Notes: a model not told the origin generated them from the letters alone. Counted from the first letter of the whole stretch, positions 36,001-48,600 are shown. The stretch: 62,870 bases of DNA, filler included, from Craspedostauros australis (GCA_030167865.1; 14 parts of 14 records of this genome joined end to end with filler, not necessarily neighbours in it); one strand, 5' to 3'. Numbers and translations are program-made.

Positions 36001-37728
36001 GCGGCAAGCAAGGTGAAATGGCGTGTCGCCGTTTTCGTCTCGGATGATAACGTCAACATCGGCTTGATCTGATTCGATGAGGTGTTTGACAATGTCGATG
36101 TGACCGTATCGACAGGCGTAATGAAGTGGCGTATATCCCTTGTTGTTTTGGGTATTGACATCAACAGGTTGTCTATCGTTGCATTCGAACATGTATTGGA
36201 TCAAGTCCTGGACCACATTCATCTGTCCGTGACGACAGGCGACGTGCAGCGGCGTGTTCCTGTTGTTGTTTGCGGCGTTGACGTCCACCTTCTCTTGATG
36301 GTTCTTCAGCATGCGATCGATCACATGTCTCTTGCCGTGACGACAAGCGATATGCAACAGCGTATTTCCGTTGCTATTGAATGCGTTGCCACCACCATCG
36401 CCGTTGCCTTGATCGAGCTCAAGCAAGAAGTTGGCAACGCCATCGTGCCCACGACGACTGGCACTGTGAAGCGGCGTATTCTTGTTCTTGTTCTTCGCTT
36501 TGGTGTTAACGTTGAGGTGTTGCGAATTCACCAAATACCTGGCGAGATCTTCATGTCCGGATATGCAGGCGACATGGAATGGTGTGTTTCCATATTTGTT
36601 GCGGACCTCGAGGTTCACTTTGGCTAGCTGTGAGTTTGCCATGTATTCCACCGCGTCCTTGTGTCCGCGCCGGCAAGCGAGGTGAAGCGGCGTGTCCAGA
36701 TCGTAGTTTTGGACATTTGCTTTGATCTTGGTTGGTCCTGATTCGACCAGTCGCTTCAGCACACCCGTTTGCCCACGCCAACAAGCGTCATGCAAAGGCG
36801 TATTGCCTCTGTTGTTGGCGACGTTGACATCGACGTCAGTTCGTTGTCGCTTCCTCCCCAACAGGAGTTCGATGTTGTCTTCGTCCCCGTGCCTGCAGGC
36901 TAGATGGAGGGGCGTATCTCCATCCGTGTTCTTGATGGAAAGATCCATCTTGTTGCGCACACGGTTGGATTGCAGCATGTAGTTGATCACATCTGTGTGC
37001 CCCTTCTGGCATGCGTAGTGAAACGCGGTGAATCCCTTGTTATTCTTGGCGTTGACATGAACTAAGATCTTGGTGGATTTGACGAGCGCACGCACCACGT
37101 CCAGAAGCCCCGATAGACAGGCAAGGTGGAGCGCGGTGTTCTTCTCATCGTTGCCAGCGAACGACGTGTGTCCTTCCTGGTTGACCAGGTAGGATGCGAC
37201 CAAAGAACGGATCCACTCCTCGTCACCTTCTGCTGAAACGTGACCAAGCGGTGTCTTGCCAAGGTGGTCCTTGGTGTCGAAATCGGCATGGATATGGCTG
37301 TCGCTGCGATTGAGGTGCAGAAAGTACTCAACCACATCCTTGTGTCGCTTTCGACACGCGTAATGCAGCGGCGTCCAACCGTTGTTGTTCTGCATATTGA
37401 TGTCGATACTGGTGGCTGCGTTGGTTGTGCTGTCGTTGTGGATGGATTGAATCAACGTATTGACCACGTCCCTGTAGCCCTTGCGGCAGGCCAGGTGGAG
37501 GGGTGTGCTGCCGTCGATGTTTTGGATGTTGACGCACACATTGCCTGCGTCCAGCCCCAGCAAACGCCAGATGATGTCTCTGTGCCGAAATTCGCAAGCC
37601 ACATGCAGTGGAGTGTTGCCCCTTTCGTCTTGAGCGCTGATCTGCTCGATGGAACCATCGGCTGCGATGAGTTCCTGCACTTTGGATACGTTGCCATAAC
37701 GGCAAGCATCGTGGAGCTCGAGGTTCAT
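33016..37728 (-). CDS. Giant ankyrin-repeat protein (roughly 40 repeats, ~1570 aa)
   Basis: Uninterrupted ORF of GxTPLHxAC repeats; probable start MNLELHDAC at 37728 (the frame is open further upstream). Confidence 0.93.
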   Translation of the reverse strand: MNLELHDACRYGNVSKVQELIAADGSIEQISAQDERGNTPLHVACEFRHRDIIWRLLGLDAGNVCVNIQNIDGSTPLHLACRKGYRDVVNTLIQSIHNDSTTNAATSIDINMQNNNGWTPLHYACRKRHKDVVEYFLHLNRSDSHIHADFDTKDHLGKTPLGHVSAEGDEEWIRSLVASYLVNQEGHTSFAGNDEKNTALHLACLSGLLDVVRALVKSTKILVHVNAKNNKGFTAFHYACQKGHTDVINYMLQSNRVRNKMDLSIKNTDGDTPLHLACRHGDEDNIELLLGRKRQRTDVDVNVANNRGNTPLHDACWRGQTGVLKRLVESGPTKIKANVQNYDLDTPLHLACRRGHKDAVEYMANSQLAKVNLEVRNKYGNTPFHVACISGHEDLARYLVNSQHLNVNTKAKNKNKNTPLHSASRRGHDGVANFLLELDQGNGDGGGNAFNSNGNTLLHIACRHGKRHVIDRMLKNHQEKVDVNAANNNRNTPLHVACRHGQMNVVQDLIQYMFECNDRQPVDVNTQNNKGYTPLHYACRYGHIDIVKHLIESDQADVDVIIRDENGDTPFHLACRKRKRDIVEYMVESDQAHVNLNIRNYQGYMPLETACKNGDADLAEYLVTSDRAGIDFEQNKPLHVACRHGQTNIVYRFIPSKQIHIDINKQDEAGCAPLHYACQYGHKEVVEYMFGFGEGVIKFNVRNAKGDSPPHLACRYGQLGVVECMIKSDLDGRINFSILNNSGCTPIHLACGNGRQAVLKCLMESDRNDVDPNLQDHDGDSPLHLACRFGQEGVVEYLVKSNRINIDATARNSDGDTALHVACQHQHAKVVQCFVQSKQANVHASVNVRNANNGNTPFHDACSSTQGNVVQCLVESENTNIDVNARNNKGETGLYRACWFGNIEAIRYLMGLGTKVDMTIANDDGRTPLHIVCQQGHMFVVKLLVESNLEAVNTLINIKSELGHAPLDLACQHRHKDVVEYLTGPLGDGINIQYENTPLHHACQLENTETVQHLIESVGFNPGLTTKDGRTGLHCAAQFGRGEIVQYLIGITNTNINININAQDNDGNTPLYLACREHDPGFVDGHWGVFNMLFRHPQIDVNIPNHHHQTPLMEVCKQYTPESGYAIFIRGLVEAYADVNVADNDGNTPLHIIVKDGHFEMFKYLADREGIRMDVRNNAGQTLLHVACSKQRFSDDGDAQHHAIIQHLLAEEKLDVNQQDNEGNTPLHLMCAADCTHADGIRYLVDVWRARTDTPNSAGQTPLHFASMKGHLEVVQYLSGQTNTGVNILNTAGQTPLHFACAGGRFEVVKHLVEEAQADINIQDQQGCTPLLLAYTYGHLFVIEYLIAQPNLQIDARYSNASTLIHAAAAGGHVEVVNGLLTLPNANVNLQDALGHTPLHFACAGGHDDVAGHLTEIAGVDVNVQNSEGNSPLHLTVQNYGDGQSGHWDILDILFEMEQTNPNLTNMKRETPLFIACTMFVTGNGAYEFVIDELLERAHADVNIADVDGNTPLHVLCWYGRLKTVRDWLDTPDVEVDTSVRNRFGLRPQDVAAMQGHTELAEYLASLQQS

Positions 37729-40346
37729 GTTGGATTCAGTTTGTTGCTGTGTACGTATGTGCATGTGTGAGTGTGGAGGAGTGGCATTGTTGGAATTGGT
37801 ATGCGGTCCCGTGACTGCGAACCCTTTGGGCAGACGAGCAAAGGACGCACAAGCAAACGGGAGTAGGCAGGAGTAGAGTACCCTCACATTGTGACGACAG
37901 CCTCTGGTGAGGGTATGCTGCGAATTGGATTAATCATACGTACATGCAATTCGGATACTCCGATCCATGCAAGGAGCTGTTTTGAATCATCAATCGACAC
38001 GACGATACCATTCGATCTGACTTGGGGGACGCTGCAGAGTCTGTTGCTCTTTTGAATGTGCAACTTTCAGCAGGCGCGAGGGGTGATTGTGCCCGCTGCC
38101 GAGATCGACGCTCTTGGTCGCATGGGTCTGGAGTTTTTGAGTGGAGGCCTGTATCTTCGACTAGTACGAACACATTCCAAAACCACCAAGACCCCTCATG
38201 TGGGACCCAGAGCGCCACTCAGAGGACAACTACTACCATCTCCGCGACAACTATCTATGCATCTATCTACGTGTACTCTATCCATTTGTGCCAGACACCG
38301 GACTCCACCAACTGGGAGGGTCAAACGAGTGGAACATGAATGTGATGGAGGGAAGGTGCTCCACCCGACCGAGAGAATACGTCTGCAGCAACAGCACTGT
38401 TGCGCGGAAGAACCCAAGCGAGAGCATCAACGCTGATACGAATAACATCACATACTGAAGTCATGGGTTGCCTTCGCAAGAGCACACTGCTGGATAGCTC
38501 AAGAATCATATAACGAATGCAATTATGCTGTGGCTTTTCAATTACTCCGCGCTAAGGCCGACCAAGGCTTCGACGCAATCACTTCATTCTAAGGTTGACC
38601 AGGCCTTCGGCAGCAGCGGCTTCTTCTGAGATCTGCTTGCCGCTGGATGATGCTCCAGCNNNNNNNNNNNNNNNNNNNNNNNNNNNNNNNNNNNNNNNNN
38701 NNNTTAATTAATTAANNNNNNNNNNNNNNNNNNNNNNNNNNNNNNNNNNNNNNNNNNNNCGGCGAACAATTGGTGCCCACACACAAACACTCAACCAGGC
38801 CCGAACAAGGCAAGAGCAATGATGCAACAACACCGGTGAGTGGGGAGAGGTTGGTCTTGTGTGGCGATCCCAATCCCAAATCAAATCAAATCAAATCACA
38901 CACCACATACTTCGGGCAAGCAAAGGCAGAGTGAGGGATGGTGAAATGTTCGTCAGCGATCACACAGCTACAGACACCGGCAACGCCAAGCCACGAGGCA
39001 ATGCAATACCATACAGACCAGTCCATGGGCGCCATCACACCAAGCAACACAAACCAGCACGATACTCGCGCGCTGCAAGTCCGAACCATGGACATCCGGC
39101 TGATCGTGCCATCCTTCCTCTTCTTCTTTCTCACCATGTATTCATACTCGGACAGATGCGCACGTCTCATCATCCACACAGACGACCTACACATGGTCGA
39201 AGCCTGTACATGCAACCCAGTAGTCCAGCAGCTTTCGTGATGATGGAGCATTGACAGGGAACATCAGTTTGAGCACCATCAACAAGCGTGGGACACTTGA
39301 AGACCAGCTACTCTGTGTGCCTCGCTATTTGAGTCCGAGTATGACGTACAGATGTGGTGGGCGGCCGCGGCAGCATCCGCAGCTCCAAATGCGAGAACAG
39401 AGACCCGCACACAGTCGTAGACTGTTAGCAATGCCACATCTTGCGTGCTTACTCCCATCGTCTTCATCATCATGGTGATACGGATCCAATCATACAGACC
39501 AGTACCATCTTCGCCATGCGTACCGTGCATACCATGCATGTCATCCATCCTCCTCTCTGCAGTTGCTCTGCAACCAGTTTGCTCCATCTTGTTTGGTGAA
39601 AATGTGAACTGGTTGAGTCGTGAAGGGCCCGTTGTCTTGTTGTTCTTGTTGTTGTTCTCTTGAGTACTTGTAGCGCAATGATGATGATACTTGCGGATTT
39701 ATGGGCTTTTCTCCGAGAGCCAATTAACAGTTAGTATGGACAGGATAAGTCATTCGAAACCAGCACGCCCAACTGTACATCTCGTGTTGTTGTTGTTCTT
39801 TGTGTGGGGAGAAGGGGTGTTGTCTTTCGTAATGTGCTATTCGTGGTTGGGTGTGAGACCATTGAAGCCGTGTTGACGAAAGACTGATAGAGGCTTCTGA
39901 TTGGCCATCAAGGATGGACGTGGCAACGAATTCATGACAAACCAGTGTTCATGTTTCCAGACGTTCAGTGAAGCTCACTTTCACCACACAACACCACAAC
40001 TTCCTGTGTTTTGCGAGTGCTCGCTGTTTGTGGCCTCACGTGCATTTCCTGTGTGCCGAACAAGACCAATGGTTGGGGATGGAAGTGTGGCTGAGACTGC
40101 TCCAGGGCGTTTGTGTTCTCTGCACTCACATGTATTCCGCCATGACTGAAACCTGTATGACAGATTGCGGAGGTTGTCTCTCCTGAATCGGCACGCTGGC
40201 ACCTTCTTCGTCCTCTCTCTCTGTGGTGTCTGTGAGAAACAAAGCAAAACAAAACAGCTCGACCTTCCTCTCACAAAATACAAACCCATCCACCCCACAA
40301 ACCGCAACAACAACAAACAGCAACAACAACAGTAACAGCAACCGCA

Positions 40347-41404
40347 ATGACAGCATACAACAACACGACGGCACTCATCGCACTCACGCTGCTGTGTCTG
40401 TGCAACTCAATCACAAACTGCCAAGCGTGAGTGACACACAACACGCCATCGGCGTCAAAAACATCAACCATACACACACGACAAGGACCGCCACCAGCCG
40501 CCACGGCAACTCACATCACTCCACAGCAAACGCACGTCCTCGTTCTACCAGGCTTCGCAACCGCAGCCAGCGACTACGTCGACGACCTTGTTCCCAACAT
40601 CGCACAGCAAGCCATCGACGCTGGATGGTGGGGCAACAACAACGACAACAGCAACAGCAACAGCAATAACAACAGCAACAACGACGACATGACCAACGCA
40701 ATGGATCACATCCACGTCCTGCCACTCCAGCGACATGATTGGGCACAGACCATCGCATTTGGCATGTGCGATCTCGACTTCATGACCTTCAAGGCACCAG
40801 CAACCAAGTGGGCGTACCGATGGTACCTTCAGAAGGTGGCGAAAGAGGTCAAGAGAATCCAGGATGTCGCCAAGGAGGAAGGCACGACCGCCAAGATCAT
40901 CCTGGTGGGACACTCCGCTGGTGGCTGGCTCGCAAGGTGAGTTTGGCGCGGCTTTGCTCTTGTACAACTGCTCCTGTGCATGCTTCAGCCCTCCACTCTG
41001 CTCTATTCCATTCATTTCACTCACACGATCAACACTCGCGTTCTCCCTCCATGCATCATCACACGCATCTTTCATCATTCATCATTCGCCTCCTTCCAAT
41101 CAACAGAGCCGCTGTCGGATACGGAATGGATGATACCAACGGCAAGGATCTGCAGATTGACATCGACAGCATTCTGGGAATCGTCACGCTCGGGTCTCCC
41201 CANATCCCATGCCCCAAGGGNTCCGTCGACATCACNGGCGGTGCACTCCGCATCGTTCANGACACCTTCCCAGGTGCCTTCTTCAACGACCGTCTCTTCT
41301 ACGTGTCTGCTGCCGGATCTGCATTGAACGTCGAGCAGCAGCAAGCGCACATCCCTTCCCCACACACCATCACCTCACAGCCAGATGCTGATCACATGCT
41401 TGCG
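40347..41404 (+). CDS. Alpha/beta-hydrolase (PGAP1/lipase-like); intron 40937-41106; in-frame TGA at 40428; 3' truncated
   Basis: VLVLPGF, LVGHSAGGWLAR nucleophile elbow and IVTLGSP; a GTGAGT...CAG intron restores the frame; N-terminal signal peptide. Confidence 0.8.
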
Positions 41405-41506
41405 NNNNNNNNNNNNNNNNNNNNNNNNNNNNNNNNNNNNNNNNNNNNTTAATTAATTAANNNNNNNNNNNNNNNNNNNNNNNNNNNNNNNNNNNNNNNN
41501 NNNNGC

Positions 41507-44500
41507 GTGGTTTGTGCGGTATCGTCTGTCCATCGACACTCATTGTTCGGATTCGGCCAGATTCGGGAATTGGCACTAAATCTGCACAGGAAGTTCACGG
41601 GGGTCGACCCATACGACTTCACAACACCTTTGAATATTCATAAAACTTAAAATAGGATCTAACTAAAAAATCCATCGGTTAATTANTTGTATTAGATCTA
41701 CAAGGATTACGAATATGTGCTTGGTTGGGATATTCAAGATAAATTTTATAGACGCCAATAACGGAGTGCAGGTCGACTCACTGATCGGGCTCATATGGTA
41801 TCCGAGAATCACATGCGGGACTCAACTGGTATCCAAGACACGAATCGATCGACTCGAAGGTATCCGAGAGTCAGACATGTGACACGATCGTATCCGAGAC
41901 TAAGAAGGATCCCAGAAGCATAGCTCTACCGCCCTGCACAGTATACTACTTCAAATCGGATCCTGGAAGAGAGGCATGATTGGTTCAAACAGTCCAGCCT
42001 ACCAATGACACGGATGCACGATACATTCAAACCAAAAGAGGAGAAACTTCAGATAGCAACGCGAATGCCAATCAACTCAATGAAGCAACATCCATACATA
42101 ATTACACTCACAATTAGCAGCACAGTTACAATGCATTCCTAAGTTACTAGTTGTCACCAGAGCCAAGCAGCGTCCTCGTCCAAACCAGGCGAGTCCACTG
42201 CTGGGAAACAACACCTCGACGACAGACGGAATGTCGGTTATGGGACGGCGTCAACGACACCGCGCATTCATGAAGGTGTGGCATATCCATGAGGAAATTT
42301 TCGTGTCTCAGGAGACAAAATCGGGCCTTTTTGTCTCCTGAGACAAGGCACCCGGATGTGGACCAAGATTGTTGTCTCAGGAGACAAACTCAAAATTAGT
42401 GCGGTAAATTAACACGGAGCCGAAAGACAGCGGACTCCATCGAGTAAAACCAAAAACAACAACACCCAAAACCGCAAATTGTCTCCTGTGCTTTTCCGAC
42501 CAGGAAGCCAAATACTGCGTACTTTCCCGTGCTTTTTGACCATCAACCGACATATGTTGGCTTCGTTGCATATCTGACTAAGCAACTCACTGCAGAGCAC
42601 ATGAACGACATCGATGTTGCATAAAATATACATGGTGCTGTCTACCTGTTGTTGTAGTTGCTTGCCATGGGATTGAGGGGACGAAGATACATGCTATCGT
42701 CCCCAGTTCGGTTGTATCCGTTCATCTTGCAAACCAACCTCTCTGGTTGCTTGCTTTGTTGACCATTATTGTACCTGCTCTGTTGGAAGGGCACATCTAT
42801 TTGCTTGCTAGCTTCGTGCCATCTCTCCATTGTTGTGGCGAGCGCAAGGATTGATGCTTGTCTGCACCCATCTGTCATGGCAAGTTCACCATTTGTAATA
42901 TTCTCCACAACACTGTGCAAGTGCAAGCTACTATTCATTCCATCCCTCTTGCATTGAAAACCAATACTCCATCATTCACTACATATCAGTCATATGCTTG
43001 GGTAGAACAAGAAGCCTCCTCTTGGACGACAAGAGCACGAATACAAACTCCCAATCAGTTGCGCTGTTGTATGAGATTGGATCCAACCGCAAAGGAGCTC
43101 AACGCTGATTTAGAAATCGATCAAGGCGCAAGGTATTCGTATGAATGCAGCGTTGACGCAATGTGTGAGACCTGTGACAGCCACAGAACAAAAGCAAGTA
43201 GGAACAGAAAGGGCCACAGCTGCAATGAAAACGTAACAAAATGAAAGCAGTTGCTGGTGATATTGTGGCACTGGATTGATGTAGAAGAACAAGTGGTAGT
43301 TGCCAGTGTGTCGGACCAATGCCCCAGTTGCAGAGACTGTGAGGATGCGTCGCACTTCTGGCAGTGCGCAGGGGAGGACCGGCGTAAAATCTCGAGGAGG
43401 CATTTATGGGAGTTGCGGTGCTGGATGCGGGAATTGCCATCAATATGACCGACATCCTGCAAAGCCAGCTTGAGGGGTCGGTCCATCTCAGGGCTACGAG
43501 CCTGGGCAGCTCTCTCTATGAGGCGGTTCGGCAGCAGTTAGCTGTGGGTCCACAGGCGCTCCAAAAAGGGATCCTAGCCAGGCAGTTGGAACCAATGCAG
43601 AGCAAATTCCTGCAGCAGCAACAGTCTCAGAAATCGGAAGCCAAGTGGTCCAGACAGCTCATATGTCGCAGTTGGTACATTGCCTGGGAGCAATGGAGAG
43701 CATGCAACGAGGCATTGTTCGAAGGTCAAGACTCGGCCAAAGCTGGGACGGTTCAGGCCCTACATGACAGGGCAGAGTCACTCTGTCTTCAACTTGAGCA
43801 GGACTGCACCAAGCATCTACGACTACTCCAGATGGTGCTGACTGGCACTGGCTGGCAAGGCACAGGCCACGGTATGGGTGGAGCAAGCCGCGCTGACGCT
43901 ACACGAACCGGCCGCCTCTGGCGCCCTGCTCAAGTGGCTGAAATGCAGACAACAAGCTTGCCCCCTCCCCCCCCCCAGCAAAGATGCCCTTGGCAGCATG
44001 CAAGGAGAAAACACATACACAGCATACACACACAAAGCATAGATTCCGTGCTCCCTTCGTGCCCCGCACGAAGTTGAAAGAAGGCGGAGAATAGTGCCAC
44101 CAGCGCAGCCTCATAAGTGGGTTTAATCTCTGTGTTATTCTTATTATGGTAGTTGCCAGTGTGTTATTAGCAATGGTATTGCATTAAAAATAGAGAGCAA
44201 TCAACTTTATATTCAATGCAAACTACGACAACACCTACCGAGTGTCCGAAACTACGCCATTACTACGTGAAAACGTGGACAACAAAAAAGNNNNNNNNNN
44301 NNNNNNNNNNNNNNNNNNNNNNNNNNNNNNNNTCCAATTCTAGTTTTAGTCCAACTGGTCGACCACTTTTCCCATCGCGAGGAAACGTCGTGTTATTTTT
44401 GGTTTTGTCTCAGGAGACAAGGCCCTTGTGTGCAGATTTAGTGCCAATTCCCGAATCTGGCCGAATCCGAACAATGAGTGTCGATGGACAGACGATACCG

Positions 44501-44510
44501 CACAAACCAC
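41507..44510. repeat. Contig bounded by 82-bp perfect inverted repeats (41507-41588 and 44429-44510)
   Basis: The two ends are exact reverse complements and both run into spacers. Confidence 0.85.
42640..43900 (+). mobile_element. Decayed non-LTR retrotransposon 3' fragment (zinc-finger and C-terminal region)
   Basis: CPSC...EDASHFWQC followed by WSRQLI...WYIAWEQWRACN, a typical LINE ORF2 C-terminus; frameshifted; boundaries approximate. Confidence 0.55.
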
Positions 44511-46358
44511 NNNNNNNNNNNNNNNNNNNNNNNNNNNNNNNNNNNNNNNNNNNNTTAATTAATTAANNNNNNNNNNNNNNNNNNNNNNNNNNNNNNNNNN
44601 NNNNNNNNNNCATGAACGTCAGCAGAGGAGCAAGACCAGATATATATGGATGAGAGGAACCACTTAGGTAAGACGTCAGGATTAGAGACTGACGCAATCG
44701 AGTTCCTGAATCTCTGTCTGACACAACCAAGACCAAATAAGACAACAACACGACNNNNNNNNNNNNNNNNNNNNNNNNNNNNNNNNNNNNNNNNNNNNNN
44801 NNNNNNNNNNNNNNNNNNNNNNNNNNNNNNNNNNNNNNNNNNNNNNNNNNNNNNNNNNNNNNNNNNNNNNNNNNNNNNNNNNNNNNNNNNNNNNNNNNNN
44901 NNNNNNNNNNNNNNNNNNGAGAAAGAGGAATCACCAACCTACAAACCCGGGATAACAGAACAACTAACTTAGTGAACCAATTGTAGCCCCACCCGGTCTA
45001 CATGAGCAACAGGATTGAGACCTGTTTCAACAACTGCAACCATCACCATCCGCACAGGCAACAAGAGTCCTCCACACCAAATCAACACCACATTGCGCAT
45101 TGGGATGGGTTGGCATGTTCAGCAATCAACAGGCGGAGCAATACTGTGCCGCCTCCACTGTTCCTGCCGCACGGACCACCAACATACAATACCATGCGCG
45201 CTCTATCCAGAGGCACGAGCGCCACCGTCTTGGCTCGCGATTTCCAGAGCATCGATGCTCGGCTGAGGCGATCGACAGGAACATCCGCCTCACGAACGAA
45301 GTTGAGAGCGCCACGAAGGAGGACATGTGGGTGTACGGTATCCATGGGCCATGGATCGCTGACCGTGTGCTTCTTCTGCCATATGGAACTCTGTGTCAAC
45401 CATGATCCGCAATACAGTACTCGCACTCTGCATGGGGTTGCTTGTTGGTTGGTTGGTTCTTTGGTTTCTTCTTTTGCTCGTCAAGCTCTCTGGATGCTTG
45501 GACTGTGCTACCTCGTCGGTTCCTGTATTTCCGCCACGCTGGCACTGGTCGCTTCGAAGATTGGAATGGATGGTGACCCTGGCATTTGTTTCTCCAACGG
45601 CAAGTGATCACTCCTCCTGAGACTTGGTGAGGGTCTCGACTGCAGCTTTGGGCACAATGGCGAGAGTGCAACTCCTGGTGAGATGAGAACGATAGCGTGA
45701 TACGAGACGGTCGATGGAGACGCACAGCAACCATGCTCCTCATGGCTTCTCATCATTTCTCTCTGCCTTGCTCGCCATGTGTTCTTCGTAGATCGCCTCT
45801 TCCAGCAACTTGGATCGGCTGGCATCGGCACTGTTGCTTCCAATCTGCTTGGCAGTGTGACTTGGAGTAGAGTGCTCTGTGTGCGAATCCGGTGGCACGG
45901 CGACGACCGCATGGCTTGTGACAATGCTGCTGCCATTCGTCCTTTGTCTGTGCAACGAACCAACAACGATGTTGATGGCAGAGTGTGGATGGAACCACGG
46001 ATGTCCAATCTGCTTGTGAATGACATCGGCAACATCCGTCTGTGCGTATGTATCGTAGAGAGCAGACCAGACTCGTCGTAGACGAGGCAGAGGCAGCCTG
46101 GGAGCAGTATCCAGCACTTCAATCTCGTGAAACATCCGGTGACTTCATCACAGTGTTCTATTGCACGAGCAGATATAGTGCATGCGGTACTGTTCCAAAC
46201 ATACGTAGAGAAGTACAGTCTATTCGTAGGTGTATTATATTACAGGGATGTGGATCTACCATACCTCTATGAGTATGATACGAATACGGAGCGGCCCCTC
46301 CATCTCATTCCATCCCATCATGTCGTGATGCATCACAGGGTGGGAGTGTTGGTACCAT

Positions 46359-48600
46359 TCATCGAGCGATCGCGGTACTGAGATGAGCTCTTGCTCCTGA
46401 TCGCTTTCTTTGGTGTGAGTTGCAGCGGCTTTGAGCCAGACAGCTTCTCATGGTAGACAGCATCGCGAGTCGACGATCTGCTTCGTCCACGATGATTTGA
46501 TTGAAGGGCCCCGCGTGATGACGACCGTTTGTTGCCATGCTGTTGTTTGCCATGCCGTCCATTGTCATCTCGCTCATTGCTGTGCCATTCGACGCTGTAA
46601 TTTCGATATCCTCTTGATCTGCTTCGATGTCGCGCCGATGGTGATCGTTCATCGGAGGACTTCCTTCGCTGATCTTCGCCACGTGGTGTCGATTGGCTAC
46701 GGCCACGTTGATTTGGTCTTCGCGAACTTCCTCGGTCATGCTTTCACGAAGGTGAGCCCTTGCGTCGTTGCAAACCAGTACCAGTGGAGTGCGCATTTGA
46801 GGTGACTTCGCGTGAACGCGAGGCTGCGTTCACATCATCCGAACTGCCAGATGTTCGTTGTCTCCGCGATGATGGCAATGAGTCCATCGATACTTGCGTA
46901 GTTCTTCTACGGCCATGATCGGATGGGCTTCGACGACTCCGCGCCGATGGCGAGCGGCAGCTTCTTCCAGAGGAGCAAGTGTGAATTGCTCCGTCATGAC
47001 GATGACGCAATGATGGCGAACGCTCCACACTCTTTGATCTTGACGATGTTGAATGCGGCTTGCCACTGGTGTGCTGTGCGCTTCTACGCCGATGCCGTGG
47101 CGATGGTAATATCGATGGTAATATCAATGGTGATGACGAGTCTCTTGTTTTGCTGGAGTGGTGATGTCGGGCCCATTGCCAAGCACTTTGGAGAACGTTT
47201 CCTTGATCGCCTCGCACAGAGCACCCGTGCTTCATTCGCGTGAACGTCGCTGCTTTGAGTCTTCACTTGGGCGCAACGAACTGCATGCGGATCTGTTGCG
47301 GGAAGGGGACACCCGGTCCTTCTTGCTCGATTTCAATTGGATTCCCAAACTCAAGGCTCCAGGACTGGATGGGGCCTGGGGGCATGGCCGAGACACCTCC
47401 ATGTTCGTGTTCGTGGTTGCGTTCGAACTGTTGAAGATCGAGTTTGGATTTGGACTGTGATGATGATGACGGTGGCGACGGCGATGGCGCCTTTGCGGAT
47501 GCTTTAGTCAAGGCAAAGTCGGCCAATTGCGATGGACGAGATTCGAGAGATGATCATTGCTATGATTTGACAGGATTGGTCGACGACACTTCACGTAATG
47601 ATGATCGTTTGACCTTGAGGATACTTTCCAACGTTGATCTGTGCTTGTTCAACGACCAAGACTGCTGTCTCTTTTCATGTGTGCGGCTGAATGGGGCTGG
47701 TGTAGATGCCGCGCTCCGACCTTCAGGCGTGACAGGGGCCACAGAGCTTCTCCCACCATTCATTGCAGCAGCACTTGGCGCAACATCGACGCTGTCATCG
47801 TCGTCGTGGAGACTTGGCAGATTGATCAGTGACTCCAGGCTCTTGCTGCGTGGCTTTTTCGTTGTTGCAACTAGAGATACAGCCGGGGTACTGGCTGCAC
47901 TCATCGCGCCTGGTGTGTCTGACGTGTCTGACGTGCCTGGCTTGTTGCGTCCGTCCTTCGCGGATTCCAAGAATACCAAACTCTTGCTCCTCGATTCGGC
48001 GTTGCTGGTCGTTCCGTTGGAATTCGTTTTTGGCCTTGGCAAGCGTCTTCGACTCTGGGCAAGCTTCGTCCTGTCTTAGCTGCTCCGTTCGCAGGTTGTG
48101 CCGAGTGCTGGGGCTGTGGCGAAGCTGAGTCCACCTGGGGTGTTTTGCGCCGGTATCGATTCGTTGTTGTTGAACTTGCTGGGATCAAGGGAGCTGAATG
48201 ACATCTCGTGAGCTTGCATGTTGAGCATGTCCAGACTCTTCGCACATGATGGTTTCACAGCCGAAGCTTTCGCATCTTTGGCTGTACTTCTATTGGCACT
48301 GCTTGGTGTATCTGTGCTGACACTCGCACGACGACCTGATTTTGCAGCTGCTTTGGCCTCTTTGGCAACGCTGGTGGGATTGCTTGCCTTTGATTTCATG
48401 TTGGCCTGTTGCGGTTGCTTGGTCTCCATGTTCTTCTCTGCTATCAGTCTGACACCGTCCTCTTCCAGCAACTTCGATCGTCATGACCGCACGGGCTGTA
48501 CGAAGGTTCGAACAGAGTACCTATCAGGCTGGACGCTTGGCTGTGGCAGCTCCCAGAGTAGATCGCACTCATGGAAGGTTCCATAGTAATACTCATAGTC
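46359..48600 (-). pseudogene. Long S/R-rich disordered-protein gene with in-frame stops
   Basis: ORFs 48076-48471, 47560-48042, 47263-47526 and 46744-47235 share one frame, separated by TAA, TAG and TGA. Confidence 0.55.

Noticed and set aside
40428..40430. Selenocysteine recoding of the in-frame TGA
   Set aside because: It lies in a targeting peptide rather than a catalytic site; TGG>TGA is simpler.
41797..41900. CRISPR-like mini-array
   Set aside because: The repeat is only ~11 bp, spacers share sub-motifs, there are no cas genes, and the context is eukaryotic.
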